32,000 nt of DNA from Haloquadratum walsbyi C23 (GCF_000237865.1 NC_017459.1:1830001-1862000), one strand, 5' to 3'; positions 20,005 through 29,047 are shown, counted from the stretch's first letter. Program-made: numbers and translations. Notes: a model not told the origin generated them from the letters alone.

Positions 20005-20620
20005 TCCGCGTTTAGTAGTTCACAGAAAAACTGGGTGGTTAACTAGACATGCACCGGTCAGAGTAGTTCTCTCGTATCGAATTAGTGAATCAGCTCACCC
20101 AGAAGTTTGTTGAATCACTACACGCGGAGGAATCCCACGGCACCGCGGGGCTGCGCTGAGTTGGGAGTCTCAGGTGCAGGTTCACAGATTGCCAAGCTCA
20201 CACACCGTGTGAATCGGTATGAAGCTAGGTAACGGACAGCCTCTTGCAATTGGGAGTGCCACATCTCAGCCCCCGGTACTCCTATCTTTAGCCGAAAACG
20301 CGGTCCTGTGTCAGTTTTGCCATAGGAGCGGTGGTCGGTGGTTGGTGGTCGGTGTCACCAGACTCGGAGCTACTTACGTTGACGCTTGCCCGGTGCTTGT
20401 TGTTTGCTTCCCACGTAGGGCATACCCTGTTTCCAGCGTGGGCGGATACTCACACTCGAACCGCCACGTTTCAGGCGCTCAGCTACAGTGGAGCCAGAGC
20501 CAGTGCGCCGACAGTTATACCTATGTGATGTTGCAAAGAAACTGCTCAGAAATCCCCGGTTGCGACGGCGCGTATCTACGGTCTGAAGATCGTGGTATTG
20601 CGTCTGTATAACTCATAAAT
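20005..20620. other. GC-rich (~57 % over 20101-20520 by hand count) ORF-poor, hairpin-rich island: degenerate mobile-element remnant or structured RNA
   Basis: No acidic, halophile-like ORF in six frames. Long-range pairing CCTCCGCGTTTAGTAG (20003-) with CTACACGCGGAGG (-20130). Tandem GGTGGTCGGTG x2 at ~20329-20358. Hairpin CGTGGGCGG...CCGCCACG at ~20437-20469. Confidence 0.4.
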
Positions 20621-20759
20621 CGACATCATACACTACCGGTAGTAAGTGTAATGCGGTTAGGTGAGTATCTGTAACTCGTGATATTTTTTTGATAGTGAGT
20701 TGAGTTGAAGATAAGTAGCGAAATATCAAATTCATTCAGTCCATCAGAACAAAATAAGG

Positions 20760-21239
20760 TTACTCTAATTGTTTTTTTGTCGTCTGATGTCGATCACGAA
20801 ACATTGGTTCAAATCCAATGACACCAAATGTTGAGAGTATATCTCCAAGAAATCCACCTGGGAACTCATATCTTACTTCATCATGGAGAATTGTCGTTGT
20901 TCCATCAGCGAAAAATCGATGTGTATGCACCCATGTCGAGAATGGACCCCCACGCATCTCATCGCGAAACATCGCCGTCCCGTCACCTGCTTTCCGGGCA
21001 GTGATTGCTGATGTCCATTGTTGCTGTGGCGTAATCCCAAGTGGTCGCATCGACATTTTAATTGTTGACCCTGCAACAAGCACGTCTGGGTTAGTAGTGC
21101 CATCAGGTCCGGTAACAGATTCTATCTCAAGATTCATCCAAGAAGGCGTCAATGCCTCCAATCCTGAGATCTGTGAATGAAAATCCCAAACTGACTCCAG
21201 TGGTGCATCGATACGTGTTTGTCGTGAATACGTTGCCAT
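20760..21239 (-). CDS. SRPBCC (START/polyketide-cyclase-like) superfamily protein (159 aa)
   Basis: RIDAPLESVWDFHSQISGLEALTP...GGPFSTWVHTHRFF...ILHDEVRYEFPGG is the typical SRPBCC/COG4276-like pattern. Confidence 0.8.
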   Translation of the reverse strand: MATYSRQTRIDAPLESVWDFHSQISGLEALTPSWMNLEIESVTGPDGTTNPDVLVAGSTIKMSMRPLGITPQQQWTSAITARKAGDGTAMFRDEMRGGPFSTWVHTHRFFADGTTTILHDEVRYEFPGGFLGDILSTFGVIGFEPMFRDRHQTTKKQLE

Positions 21240-21257
21240 ATGTTACAAACTTGCCTT

Positions 21258-21320
21258 CTCAAAGAAAAGAACGCGGGCAGTGACAAAGGTGAATTCTCAG
21301 GGCTTTGCCGATAAGAATTC
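21258..21320 (-). terminator. hairpin (GAATTCT...AGAATTC, 21291-21320) overlapping the GH15 stop, followed on the transcript by TTCTTTTCTTT
   Basis: A 7-bp inverted repeat plus a T-rich run on the minus strand. It could attenuate rather than terminate, because the next gene is co-oriented. Confidence 0.3.
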
Positions 21321-24300
21321 AAATTCGAGATCGGGTGACAGACGTTCCAGCGACCTTGAGATCAGTATCTGTAGCTGCGGCGACGAGAAGCTGATTTTCT
21401 GCGTGTTCGGCTGGAAGTGCAAGCTCAAATGATTCGTCCGCAGGGTCTGGGTAGATAATTGCTGTTTCTGTTCCCGTTTTCACCGCAATGATTGCAGCAT
21501 CAGTTCGTCCAGACACAATCACATCGTCGCCAGCAAACCGAGTGCTTACCTGTAGTAGTGGACCCGCTGGTCGATCGGTCTCAACGTATCGATCCCGAAC
21601 GACAGCAGGCATCTCAACCGGCTCGCCAACGTCAATACCATGTGCGAGTCGGACATATTGCGCCATTGACCATGCGAGTGGTGTTGCTGCCCCGGTTCCC
21701 TCACCAAAGACCCAGTTGTATTCGGTACCGTGTTCGCGATCCCACACCTGTTCGGCTATCATTCGTCCAGAATTCGCGAATTCAGCCATCGTTTCAAGCA
21801 GATTCTGTGGAGCGAGGTCACCGGTTTCGGTACCATGCATTAATTCATATTCACCACGCTCACCAGTGAAGATCGGCCATAACCGTCCTTTGCCCTTCGA
21901 TTCAACTGACCATGGAGCACCCTCATCTTCGACAGCGCGTTCACCATATCCATCACCATTGTATCGGTAAAACGCCGGTCCCTGCGGGGAATCAACACGA
22001 ATTGTGCTGTCAACCTCAGCGATGGAGTTGCGAATCGTCTCATCGGTCGCCGGCTTAATTCCAAGCCGGACCAATTCAAGAAATCCAGCATCGATAATCT
22101 CTCGCTCATCAAGCGTTGGTCCATTATTTGCAAGTGTCCGGAGTTGCCCTGCATCTGGGTTACCATCACGAGTGACACGAACATAATATGGAGTATTTAG
22201 ATGCCGGTCAGTTCCGGTGTTTGTCGCGGTCCATGTTTCGACATTTTCAGTCCACTCATCTGCAAGTGCTATCCAAGTGAGTGCGTCTGCGGCGTGTCCC
22301 TCTTCAATTGCAATATCACTCGCACAGGTTAACCCAGCAATCTCAGCCGCGATTGATGATGGTGAATAGCCTGACTCTTCTTCCCATCGTTCTTGTGCAG
22401 TTGGTGGTCCGTTGCGAGCAACGTAATCCGCGGAGCGTTTGATATTCTGATATCCATATTCAACGTCATCAAATGTGACGCCATGCTGGCGGAGTGTCCA
22501 CGCCATTACTTGTGGGAATGATATATTATCCATCTGTTCACCACCCCACCGCGTCCGACCATTCAGATAGGTGTTTTGTGGAATAAATCCACGGTTATCC
22601 TGCTGGTATCGGTAGATATACTGCAGAGCTTCTGTTGCTGTATCGATATCGCCAACCGCATCAAAGACAGTAAAGACCTGATAAAGGTCTCGCGACCATA
22701 CAAAATTATATCCATATCCCTTTGCCTCATCAGCAGCAACAGCCTCGCCCCATGGAACAGATGGTGAAGCAATCCCAGCACCGAGGAAAGTCTTATCTTC
22801 AACAGCTCTGAGTGTCATAAGACTGACCCGATACTGCGAAGCAAGTGTCGGGTCATCTGCGACAGAATCTGGCAGCGGCTTATCGGCAAGGAATGTCTTC
22901 CATGAATCGATATATGAACTGCGAACAGTTTCATATCCACGAGTCAACGCTCCGGCTGCTTCTCCAAGTGCACCAGCCGTATCAGCATCCTCAGCAAAGC
23001 CAAATGCAAGCGTTTCCGTAACCGCTGCACCATTCCCAACCCGACCAACAAGCACGACATTCTCATCATCAACCTCTGTGATTTGCTCTGGGACGGTCCC
23101 TTCACTGAATAGCTTTGAAAGATATGCAGATCCGGCAACGCTAACAGTCGCCCAGTCAAATCGACTTGTTGAGGTTATCGCAGCCGCAACACTGTACTCT
23201 TGACCGTGTTCGTCAATAAGAAGCGGTTTTGTCTCACCAGTCTGGTCATATGCCTCTGTATCACGGGCTACAAGTTGATATTGATCGCTCCCAAGTCGAA
23301 TCCCACGGTCTGTTGCGCCTGAATTTGTGAGTGCTGTATTCGCAATAACGTAGAGTTCATACTCATTGTTGTCATGGGCATCGAATGTGACATCAGCTAA
23401 AAGCGCATCGTGCGCAGGATCGCTCGCGTACTCGACAGTTAGATTCCATTGATGCCCACGTCCATCGCCTGTCTCTGTGATAACATGGCGGAACAGCAAT
23501 GATTCATCATCAATAGCCTCTGCACGTCGTTCGATTGTGTCTGTTTGATCGTCTTGGCGTGTTTCATTGTGTGTTCGTGCTGTGTACTCACTGTCACCAG
23601 CAGCACTGGTAATGAGAAAATCAACCGTTCGAAAGTTCATCAGATCAACACGTGGATACCGAAGTTCGGTCAATGATCCCTCAGTGAGTGTAAACCAAAC
23701 ACGTGAGGAGTCAGACGCAGTGTGATCAGCAACGGTCCCGACTCCGTATTTCTCACCGGTTGTCCACCGCGGTTGCCGACCAGGACCAGACGGTGCTGAT
23801 TTCGGGGCGGGTAAGGCATCATGTTCCTCAAGAACAGCCGTTGCGTATAATCGGAGTGCATGTGACCATCCTATTGGGGTTGCACTATCTATATCCCCAT
23901 TATCGAACACTTGCTCAGCGAAATAGCCCATTTCAGAAGTCAATGGTCCATCGGGGCGAAGAATCTTATAGAGGTCTGTTGCCCATCCGAACAGCGTGTC
24001 CGCTACATCAAGTCGATCGTGTGTTTCGAATAGTACTGCTGCTTCAGCCGCGGCGCTAGTTCCCCATGCAGTTGCGACTGACCACACTTTTTCATTATCT
24101 TGATTCCCGCTCCGCCAAGAGTCACCATCAAATCGAACAAGTCCAGCAACAGCATCCGTCTCTGAGCTTGTTCGATATAGTGTGCGCAACGTCGTTTTAA
24201 GATGTGATTCAAGCCGGTCAAGCCCTGTCTCATCAAGCCCAGTGAGTTTATCATACTCAGCAAATGCTCTCACAAGCGCAAACGACCCGGAGTCGGCTCG

Positions 24301-25866
24301 AATATCGCGTTCACCATCATCAAGTCTCAGTGCATACTGCTCATCACGGTGACTCCACAGTGCATCTAATCCTTGATATACTGTCATTGCCTGACCAGTT
24401 GCGTGTTTACATAGTGCTGGGTCAAGCGGTGTATTTGCAACAGTCGCGTATGCTTCAAGGAATGTTGCTGCTGTATGAACGAATTGACCGACCATGTTTT
24501 CCCATGCATTCTGACATGGTTCTGGAAGCCCATCAGCCGTGAGTGAGTCATCAAGCGCCTCAATCCCATCAGCAATGGCTGATTGAATTCGGTCAATCTC
24601 ATTCTGATCGAATGCGTCGCCATGTTCATCAAGAACACTCGCAAGATAAGTGACCACACTTGCGGTTTGATCAGCTTGATATTCCGGTTTTTCTGAGTTT
24701 TCAACACGTGCATTTGCCCAGCCTGGAGCAAGAGATCCATCGACAGCCCAAGCTCGGTGTGGCCAAGATCCATCCGTGAGTTGCGTATCACAGAAAAATG
24801 CTGCAACAGTCTTCAATTGAGATTGGACATCAATATTGAGCATCGATCCCGCATCTAAGAGATATCGCGATATCTCTGCTTCATCACGGAACCACGTATA
24901 TCCATATCCGCCGGAGTGTGCATAGAAAGGATCAAACTCAGGTCCAGCAATGTGAGACCCAGCAGGTGCTTGAAGCAGCGATAGTGCTCGGAGATCAGCA
25001 CGAACAATCTGTTGGCGTGGAATGTGATTTGAAACGGAAATTTCTGCGCGTTCTCGCGCTGCTGTCCGAATATCATCAGCACTTTTATGTTCGACCGCAC
25101 AATTCCGGAGGTCACTGAGTGCTTCGTCGCGAGATACCTCTTGATGATCTGATAATTGTGTGACGAGTGTTGTCTGGACAGCTCGCCCGTCGCGTTCGAG
25201 CGGTGCTGAAACAACGATATCACTACTAAGATGTGTATCCTCATACTGCTCAAGCACTGCCTCACGGGGGAAAGTAAATGTCTCAGATGAGAGTATCTCA
25301 TCAAATCGCTCAGGAATCTGCCCTCGAACATCACTGAGACCGGTTGAAGCAGTGATATAATCATGCTCATTACGATGATATACCTCAACAGCATGGGTAT
25401 TTCCCGGACCTCCATTCTCATGGATAAGTCTACCAACCCGTGTCTCGCGACCTTCTGGAGCGAGTGTTACGAATGCTGTGAGATGAGCGTCTGTTGGAAT
25501 AGCTCCCTGTAATTCAACGTGTGTTAGATGCGCACGTCCGATTGTCAGATCAAATTGATGGATTGTATATCCGCCAGCATCGAATTCGGTTTCGACAAGG
25601 CTTGTTTCTCGATAGTAATGTTGACGGACAAGTTCAAGATCATCAAACCATCGTATGTCACCATCTGCCTCGATCGCAAACCGCGAACGGTCAATACCAT
25701 AAAGCCCAGAAAGCGCCGCAGAATAATCGCGAATTGCTCCATCGCGACCGACGTGGACGAGCCGGTCTCCATGTCCCGAGAACGCACCGGTTGTCGTCGG
25801 GGACTCCTCAGGAAATTGCCGCGCGCGGTCGCGCTTGTATTCGTTCAGCGCGGTCCGAAGTCTCAT
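21319..25866 (-). CDS. double GH15 glycoside hydrolase (N-terminal archaeal-type GH15 unit fused to a bacterial-type glucoamylase/glucodextranase-like GH15 unit), ~1515 aa
   Basis: Unit 1: GYGYTWFRDEAE, QNAWENMVG, YFAEQVFD. Unit 2: RWTTGEKYGVGT...VWFTLTEGSLTELRYP (glucoamylase N-domain), GYGYNFVWSRD, QERWEEESGYS, RLWPIFTGERGEYEL, AEQVWD. ATG 25866 (MRLRTALNEYKR) is preferred over the GTG at 25872. No signal peptide. Confidence 0.9.
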   Translation of the reverse strand: MRLRTALNEYKRDRARQFPEESPTTTGAFSGHGDRLVHVGRDGAIRDYSAALSGLYGIDRSRFAIEADGDIRWFDDLELVRQHYYRETSLVETEFDAGGYTIHQFDLTIGRAHLTHVELQGAIPTDAHLTAFVTLAPEGRETRVGRLIHENGGPGNTHAVEVYHRNEHDYITASTGLSDVRGQIPERFDEILSSETFTFPREAVLEQYEDTHLSSDIVVSAPLERDGRAVQTTLVTQLSDHQEVSRDEALSDLRNCAVEHKSADDIRTAARERAEISVSNHIPRQQIVRADLRALSLLQAPAGSHIAGPEFDPFYAHSGGYGYTWFRDEAEISRYLLDAGSMLNIDVQSQLKTVAAFFCDTQLTDGSWPHRAWAVDGSLAPGWANARVENSEKPEYQADQTASVVTYLASVLDEHGDAFDQNEIDRIQSAIADGIEALDDSLTADGLPEPCQNAWENMVGQFVHTAATFLEAYATVANTPLDPALCKHATGQAMTVYQGLDALWSHRDEQYALRLDDGERDIRADSGSFALVRAFAEYDKLTGLDETGLDRLESHLKTTLRTLYRTSSETDAVAGLVRFDGDSWRSGNQDNEKVWSVATAWGTSAAAEAAVLFETHDRLDVADTLFGWATDLYKILRPDGPLTSEMGYFAEQVFDNGDIDSATPIGWSHALRLYATAVLEEHDALPAPKSAPSGPGRQPRWTTGEKYGVGTVADHTASDSSRVWFTLTEGSLTELRYPRVDLMNFRTVDFLITSAAGDSEYTARTHNETRQDDQTDTIERRAEAIDDESLLFRHVITETGDGRGHQWNLTVEYASDPAHDALLADVTFDAHDNNEYELYVIANTALTNSGATDRGIRLGSDQYQLVARDTEAYDQTGETKPLLIDEHGQEYSVAAAITSTSRFDWATVSVAGSAYLSKLFSEGTVPEQITEVDDENVVLVGRVGNGAAVTETLAFGFAEDADTAGALGEAAGALTRGYETVRSSYIDSWKTFLADKPLPDSVADDPTLASQYRVSLMTLRAVEDKTFLGAGIASPSVPWGEAVAADEAKGYGYNFVWSRDLYQVFTVFDAVGDIDTATEALQYIYRYQQDNRGFIPQNTYLNGRTRWGGEQMDNISFPQVMAWTLRQHGVTFDDVEYGYQNIKRSADYVARNGPPTAQERWEEESGYSPSSIAAEIAGLTCASDIAIEEGHAADALTWIALADEWTENVETWTATNTGTDRHLNTPYYVRVTRDGNPDAGQLRTLANNGPTLDEREIIDAGFLELVRLGIKPATDETIRNSIAEVDSTIRVDSPQGPAFYRYNGDGYGERAVEDEGAPWSVESKGKGRLWPIFTGERGEYELMHGTETGDLAPQNLLETMAEFANSGRMIAEQVWDREHGTEYNWVFGEGTGAATPLAWSMAQYVRLAHGIDVGEPVEMPAVVRDRYVETDRPAGPLLQVSTRFAGDDVIVSGRTDAAIIAVKTGTETAIIYPDPADESFELALPAEHAENQLLVAAATDTDLKVAGTSVTRSRI

Positions 25867-25959
25867 ACACACGAATGAGTGGATGCCAACATAAGTATTC
25901 GTAGGTCATAATGAGAATGTAGAGTAAAAGCAAAGACAGTTGCCTGCATTGATACGAAT

Positions 25960-28098
25960 ATGCAGCATCCAGGTCCGCCACGATTTATTGCAGTTGGGGA
26001 ATCACTGCAGTTGTCTCCCCGTGACCCAGATCCGGAAATGTCATACCAATGGCATATTGAGCGTGCACCAGCATCAAGCACAATCAAATTGCCCTCAGAG
26101 GAGCCAGTTGTTGAGTTTGCTCCTGACACCCCTGGAATATTCCAGATAGGTGTCGAAAGCACAGTCAACAGTTATTCGCTCACTATACGTGTCTTTCCTG
26201 GGTCGTTCGCACCGATCACAATACCCGGAGGTGAAAGCGGTTCTGGTGGTGTCAGTGGTCATCAAAGTGGTTCAGCTCAACCAGTTAGAAAGAGTGCTGG
26301 CGTCTCAGGGTCGGGGTCTGGGATGCGTGATGATACGGTAGAACGCGGGCGACCGCGGATTCAACTTCAGGGTGATGTTGCGGGTGATGAACTCGTTATT
26401 ACTGCAGATGCCCAGACACGACCAGATAATGAGTCGACTCACTCAGATATTGATGTTGAGTTCCTTATCGATGACCGAGATGATGTTAGTTCAGATGTCG
26501 TCAGCACCACAGACCGCGAAATGCGGATTCCACTGGAGGCTGTTGGGCGACGTGTTCGCATTCATGCTGTCGCTGTTACCGATGTATACAGTGTCCCAGA
26601 TAGTATTGAATTTACCAGAGATCCGCAACCTGACGGTGGTGAAGTAGTTGTTGAAACAGAGACTCGCGCTGGAGATACTAACAGACAAACAGACATAGTT
26701 GAGAGTGATGCTGAACAACTAGACATCAGTAATCGCGCGATTAACATTCGGCGCCCAAATGAGCCTCCAAAATGGGCGACAGACGTTACACTGTATGAGA
26801 TCTATGTCCGAGGATTTGTTGACGATGAAGAGACAGACTCGATATTTACTGCACTCACTGAGCGCCTTGATTATCTCGCAGAACTTGGGGTTGATTGTTT
26901 GTGGCTCACGCCAGTGCTGCAAAATGACCATGCACCGCATGGATACAACATCACTGACTTCTTTCATATTGCATCGGATCTCGGCGATAGTGAGGCATAT
27001 GAAACCTTTGTTGATGCGGCGCATGATCGAGGGATGACGGTATTATTTGATCTTGTATTGAATCACTCTGCGCGTGATCATCCATTCTATCAGGACGCTG
27101 TTGGAAATCCAGACTCACCGTATCACGACTGGTACGCCTGGCGTAGTGAGGATGAGCCAGAGACGTATTTCGAATGGGAGTATATTGCCAATTGGAATTT
27201 CCAGAATTTGGAAGTTCGCCGTCACTTACTTGATGTGGTAGATAAGTGGATGGAAGTGGCCGATGGGTTTCGATGTGATATGGCATGGGCAGTTCCAAAC
27301 AGTTTCTGGCGAGAGCTCCGTGACCGGGTAAAGACACATGACCCAGAGTTTCTCCTCTTAGACGAGACAATTCCATATATTGCGGACTTCCATGGTGGGA
27401 TGTTTGACATGCATTTCGATACAACGCTTTACTCCACACTTCGCGAGGTCGGTCGTGGACATGCTGACGCCGCAGGGATTCTTGATGCAATAGATCAACG
27501 AGAAGCAGCTGGATTCCCACCGCATGCCGCATTTATGCTATATGCAGAGAACCATGATGAAACCCGGTATATTGTCGAATGCGGTGAAGATGCTGCAATG
27601 GCTGTTGCCGGAGCGTTATTCACGCTTCCAGGTGTCCCGATGCTCTATGGTGGGCAGGAGATAGGGCAGCGAGGACGACGTGATGCACTTGCATGGGATG
27701 ATGCTCGTGAGAAAATTTACACACATTATCAGCGATTAATTGAACTTCGTAATGAGATATCAGCTCTTGGCGTTGATGGGTCAATCAACCCGGTTGATTA
27801 CACTATTGTGGATGATATTGAGACGTCAGTTGATACTGAACGCGTCGTTGCGTATGAGCGACGTGCAGATGAAGAAAGTTATGTTTGTATCCTCAATTTT
27901 GGGGAGACACCGGTCACTGTTACAATCGCAGAAACGAGTATACCTAGAAATAACGATGAAATCAAGAGTAATGAATCGGTCAATGTCGATGTCAGTGCAG
28001 AGAATCTAGTGACGGGCGAATCAGCCGCAGATGCTGAGGGACTTGTTATTAATAATGTTGGTGTCTTTGCAGCCACTGTCAACTCAGATATAAATTGA
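25960..28098 (+). CDS. GH13 alpha-amylase-family enzyme with ~270-aa unassigned N-terminal region (712 aa)
   Basis: GH13 conserved regions: I DLVLNHSA, II GFRCDMAWAVP, III LLLDETIP, IV YAENHDETR. Also TLYEIYVRGF and LGVDCLWLTPV. No Sec/Tat signal is visible. Confidence 0.9.
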   Translation: MQHPGPPRFIAVGESLQLSPRDPDPEMSYQWHIERAPASSTIKLPSEEPVVEFAPDTPGIFQIGVESTVNSYSLTIRVFPGSFAPITIPGGESGSGGVSGHQSGSAQPVRKSAGVSGSGSGMRDDTVERGRPRIQLQGDVAGDELVITADAQTRPDNESTHSDIDVEFLIDDRDDVSSDVVSTTDREMRIPLEAVGRRVRIHAVAVTDVYSVPDSIEFTRDPQPDGGEVVVETETRAGDTNRQTDIVESDAEQLDISNRAINIRRPNEPPKWATDVTLYEIYVRGFVDDEETDSIFTALTERLDYLAELGVDCLWLTPVLQNDHAPHGYNITDFFHIASDLGDSEAYETFVDAAHDRGMTVLFDLVLNHSARDHPFYQDAVGNPDSPYHDWYAWRSEDEPETYFEWEYIANWNFQNLEVRRHLLDVVDKWMEVADGFRCDMAWAVPNSFWRELRDRVKTHDPEFLLLDETIPYIADFHGGMFDMHFDTTLYSTLREVGRGHADAAGILDAIDQREAAGFPPHAAFMLYAENHDETRYIVECGEDAAMAVAGALFTLPGVPMLYGGQEIGQRGRRDALAWDDAREKIYTHYQRLIELRNEISALGVDGSINPVDYTIVDDIETSVDTERVVAYERRADEESYVCILNFGETPVTVTIAETSIPRNNDEIKSNESVNVDVSAENLVTGESAADAEGLVINNVGVFAATVNSDIN

Positions 28099-28124
28099 TC
28101 GTCTCTTTTATCTGATATTAGCTG

Positions 28125-28210
28125 AATACAGGCGCTAAGCCCCCTTCCCTCGAGGAACCGCAGTCCGCGCGAGCGGACAAGGAGCGCAGTAGGGAGAGGA
28201 TACAGCGCCA
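28125..28210 (-). repeat. IS1341-type left-end-like fragment in inverted orientation
   Basis: Reverse complement GTATCCTCTCCCTACTGCGCTCCTTGTCCGCTCGCG...GGGGGCTTAGCGCC resembles 18598-18700 (GATATTCTCCCGCGCC...CAGCGCTCCTTGTGTCGG...CACGGGGCTTTC). The shared 11-mer is GCGCTCCTTGT. Confidence 0.4.
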
Positions 28211-28619
28211 TCATCATCTGGTTGCACACTGTGCGTCGGCAGACTCGCCTATGTAAGCAGTTATATCATCGGACGCCGGACAAAAGAGTAAGATGGGCAT
28301 TCCGACTTGTCGGCTTCGATTCGCTCGTCGTTCCATTCGGAACGACTCGCTTCTTGCGAGGCTGACGGACAGGGATAGCGTTCAAACGCAACAAGAAGCG
28401 TGCGTTGTCCCACGGAATCACCTCGTCGAGCAACTAGGAGTGGGACACTCCGAAGAAACGTCCCCAGAAATCGGAGATTTCTGGTTCTGGTGTGCGAACG
28501 AATCGCCCCGCGATTCGTCAACGCCTGTGGAGACTGCACTCCCTGTGGATACACCTGTATCTGCAAAGTGCGTTCACCAGACTCCGTCTGGTGGGCTGTC
28601 AGACGCAGTCTGACAACGT

Positions 28620-28687
28620 CGTAGAAGCAGGAAGCCCAACCCCGCCCTGCTCGGCCTGACGACCTCGCTGAGGGCGGGGTAGTTCAC
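28620..28687 (+). repeat. second IS1341-type right end (solo, no intact tnpB)
   Basis: A perfect 10-bp stem ACCCCGCCCT (28639-28648) / AGGGCGGGGT (28671-28680) is followed by AGTTCAC. The architecture matches the right end at 19421-19482. The upstream ~350 nt have only short TnpB-tail-like traces (VHQTPSGG vs GHQPSRG). Confidence 0.65.
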
Positions 28688-28789
28688 AGAGATTCAATCC
28701 TTATTTATATACGCATAGATTTATCATTTCTAGTTCATGTTTTCATTTATTCCATACATTCGAGTTACTGTAGCACATACGAGCAAATA

Positions 28790-29047
28790 GTGACAGAGTC
28801 GTATATTTGCCCACGCTGTGGGCACACGGAGGATCGACCATATCGAGTTCGTCTTATTATTTTAACATGTCCAGCGTGTGAAAAAAATGGACAGTTCCTC
28901 CATATATCGTTTCGTGATCAACTTGAGGCGATTCCTGAGGATGCACGACCTAGTGGATGGAGAGAGATGCCCCTTGATGAGCAGATGGAATATGCAATCC
29001 GTGAAGGATTGATTGAGATTGATCTTACTGGTCCAATGGAGGAATGA
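28790..29047 (+). CDS. small CPxCG-type zinc-finger protein (85 aa)
   Basis: CPRCG...CPAC, acidic C-terminal half, GTG start. It resembles the small zinc-finger proteins common in haloarchaea. Confidence 0.65.
   Translation: MTESYICPRCGHTEDRPYRVRLIILTCPACEKNGQFLHISFRDQLEAIPEDARPSGWREMPLDEQMEYAIREGLIEIDLTGPMEE

Noticed and set aside
20100-20620. Hypothesis that the GC-rich island is SRP (7S) RNA or RNase P RNA
   Set aside because: The size (~300 nt between possible closing pairs at ~20226 and ~20520) and a GCTAGG start were suggestive of SRP RNA. However, the helix-8 GGAAGG...AGCA motif and a UGUNR Alu-domain motif are absent. The RNase P CR-I/CR-IV/CR-V strings (GAGGAAAGTCC, ACAGAA..GGCTTA, AAGGGTGAAA) are also absent on both strands.
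21488-25904. Alternative-frame and antisense ORFs overlapping the double GH15 gene (e.g. 24855-25436 at 193 aa, 21488-21970 at 160 aa, 24384-24806, 25521-25904)
   Set aside because: They sit in alternative frames or on the opposite strand of a 4.5-kb ORF with unambiguous family motifs. Their compositions (Ser/Arg/Leu/His-rich, basic) are unlike real proteins of this organism.
25867-25959. ACGAAT/TACGAAT hexamer-heptamer occurring three times (25871 +, 25897 -, 25953 +) in the GH15/GH13 divergent intergenic region; also checked for a TrmB-type TACT-N7-8-GAGTA site
   Set aside because: The hexamers are too short to be significant in AT-rich DNA, and two of them overlap the start-codon regions. 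Only a lone GAGTA (25921) is present, without a correctly spaced TACT. It is worth re-examining only if conserved in orthologous spacers.
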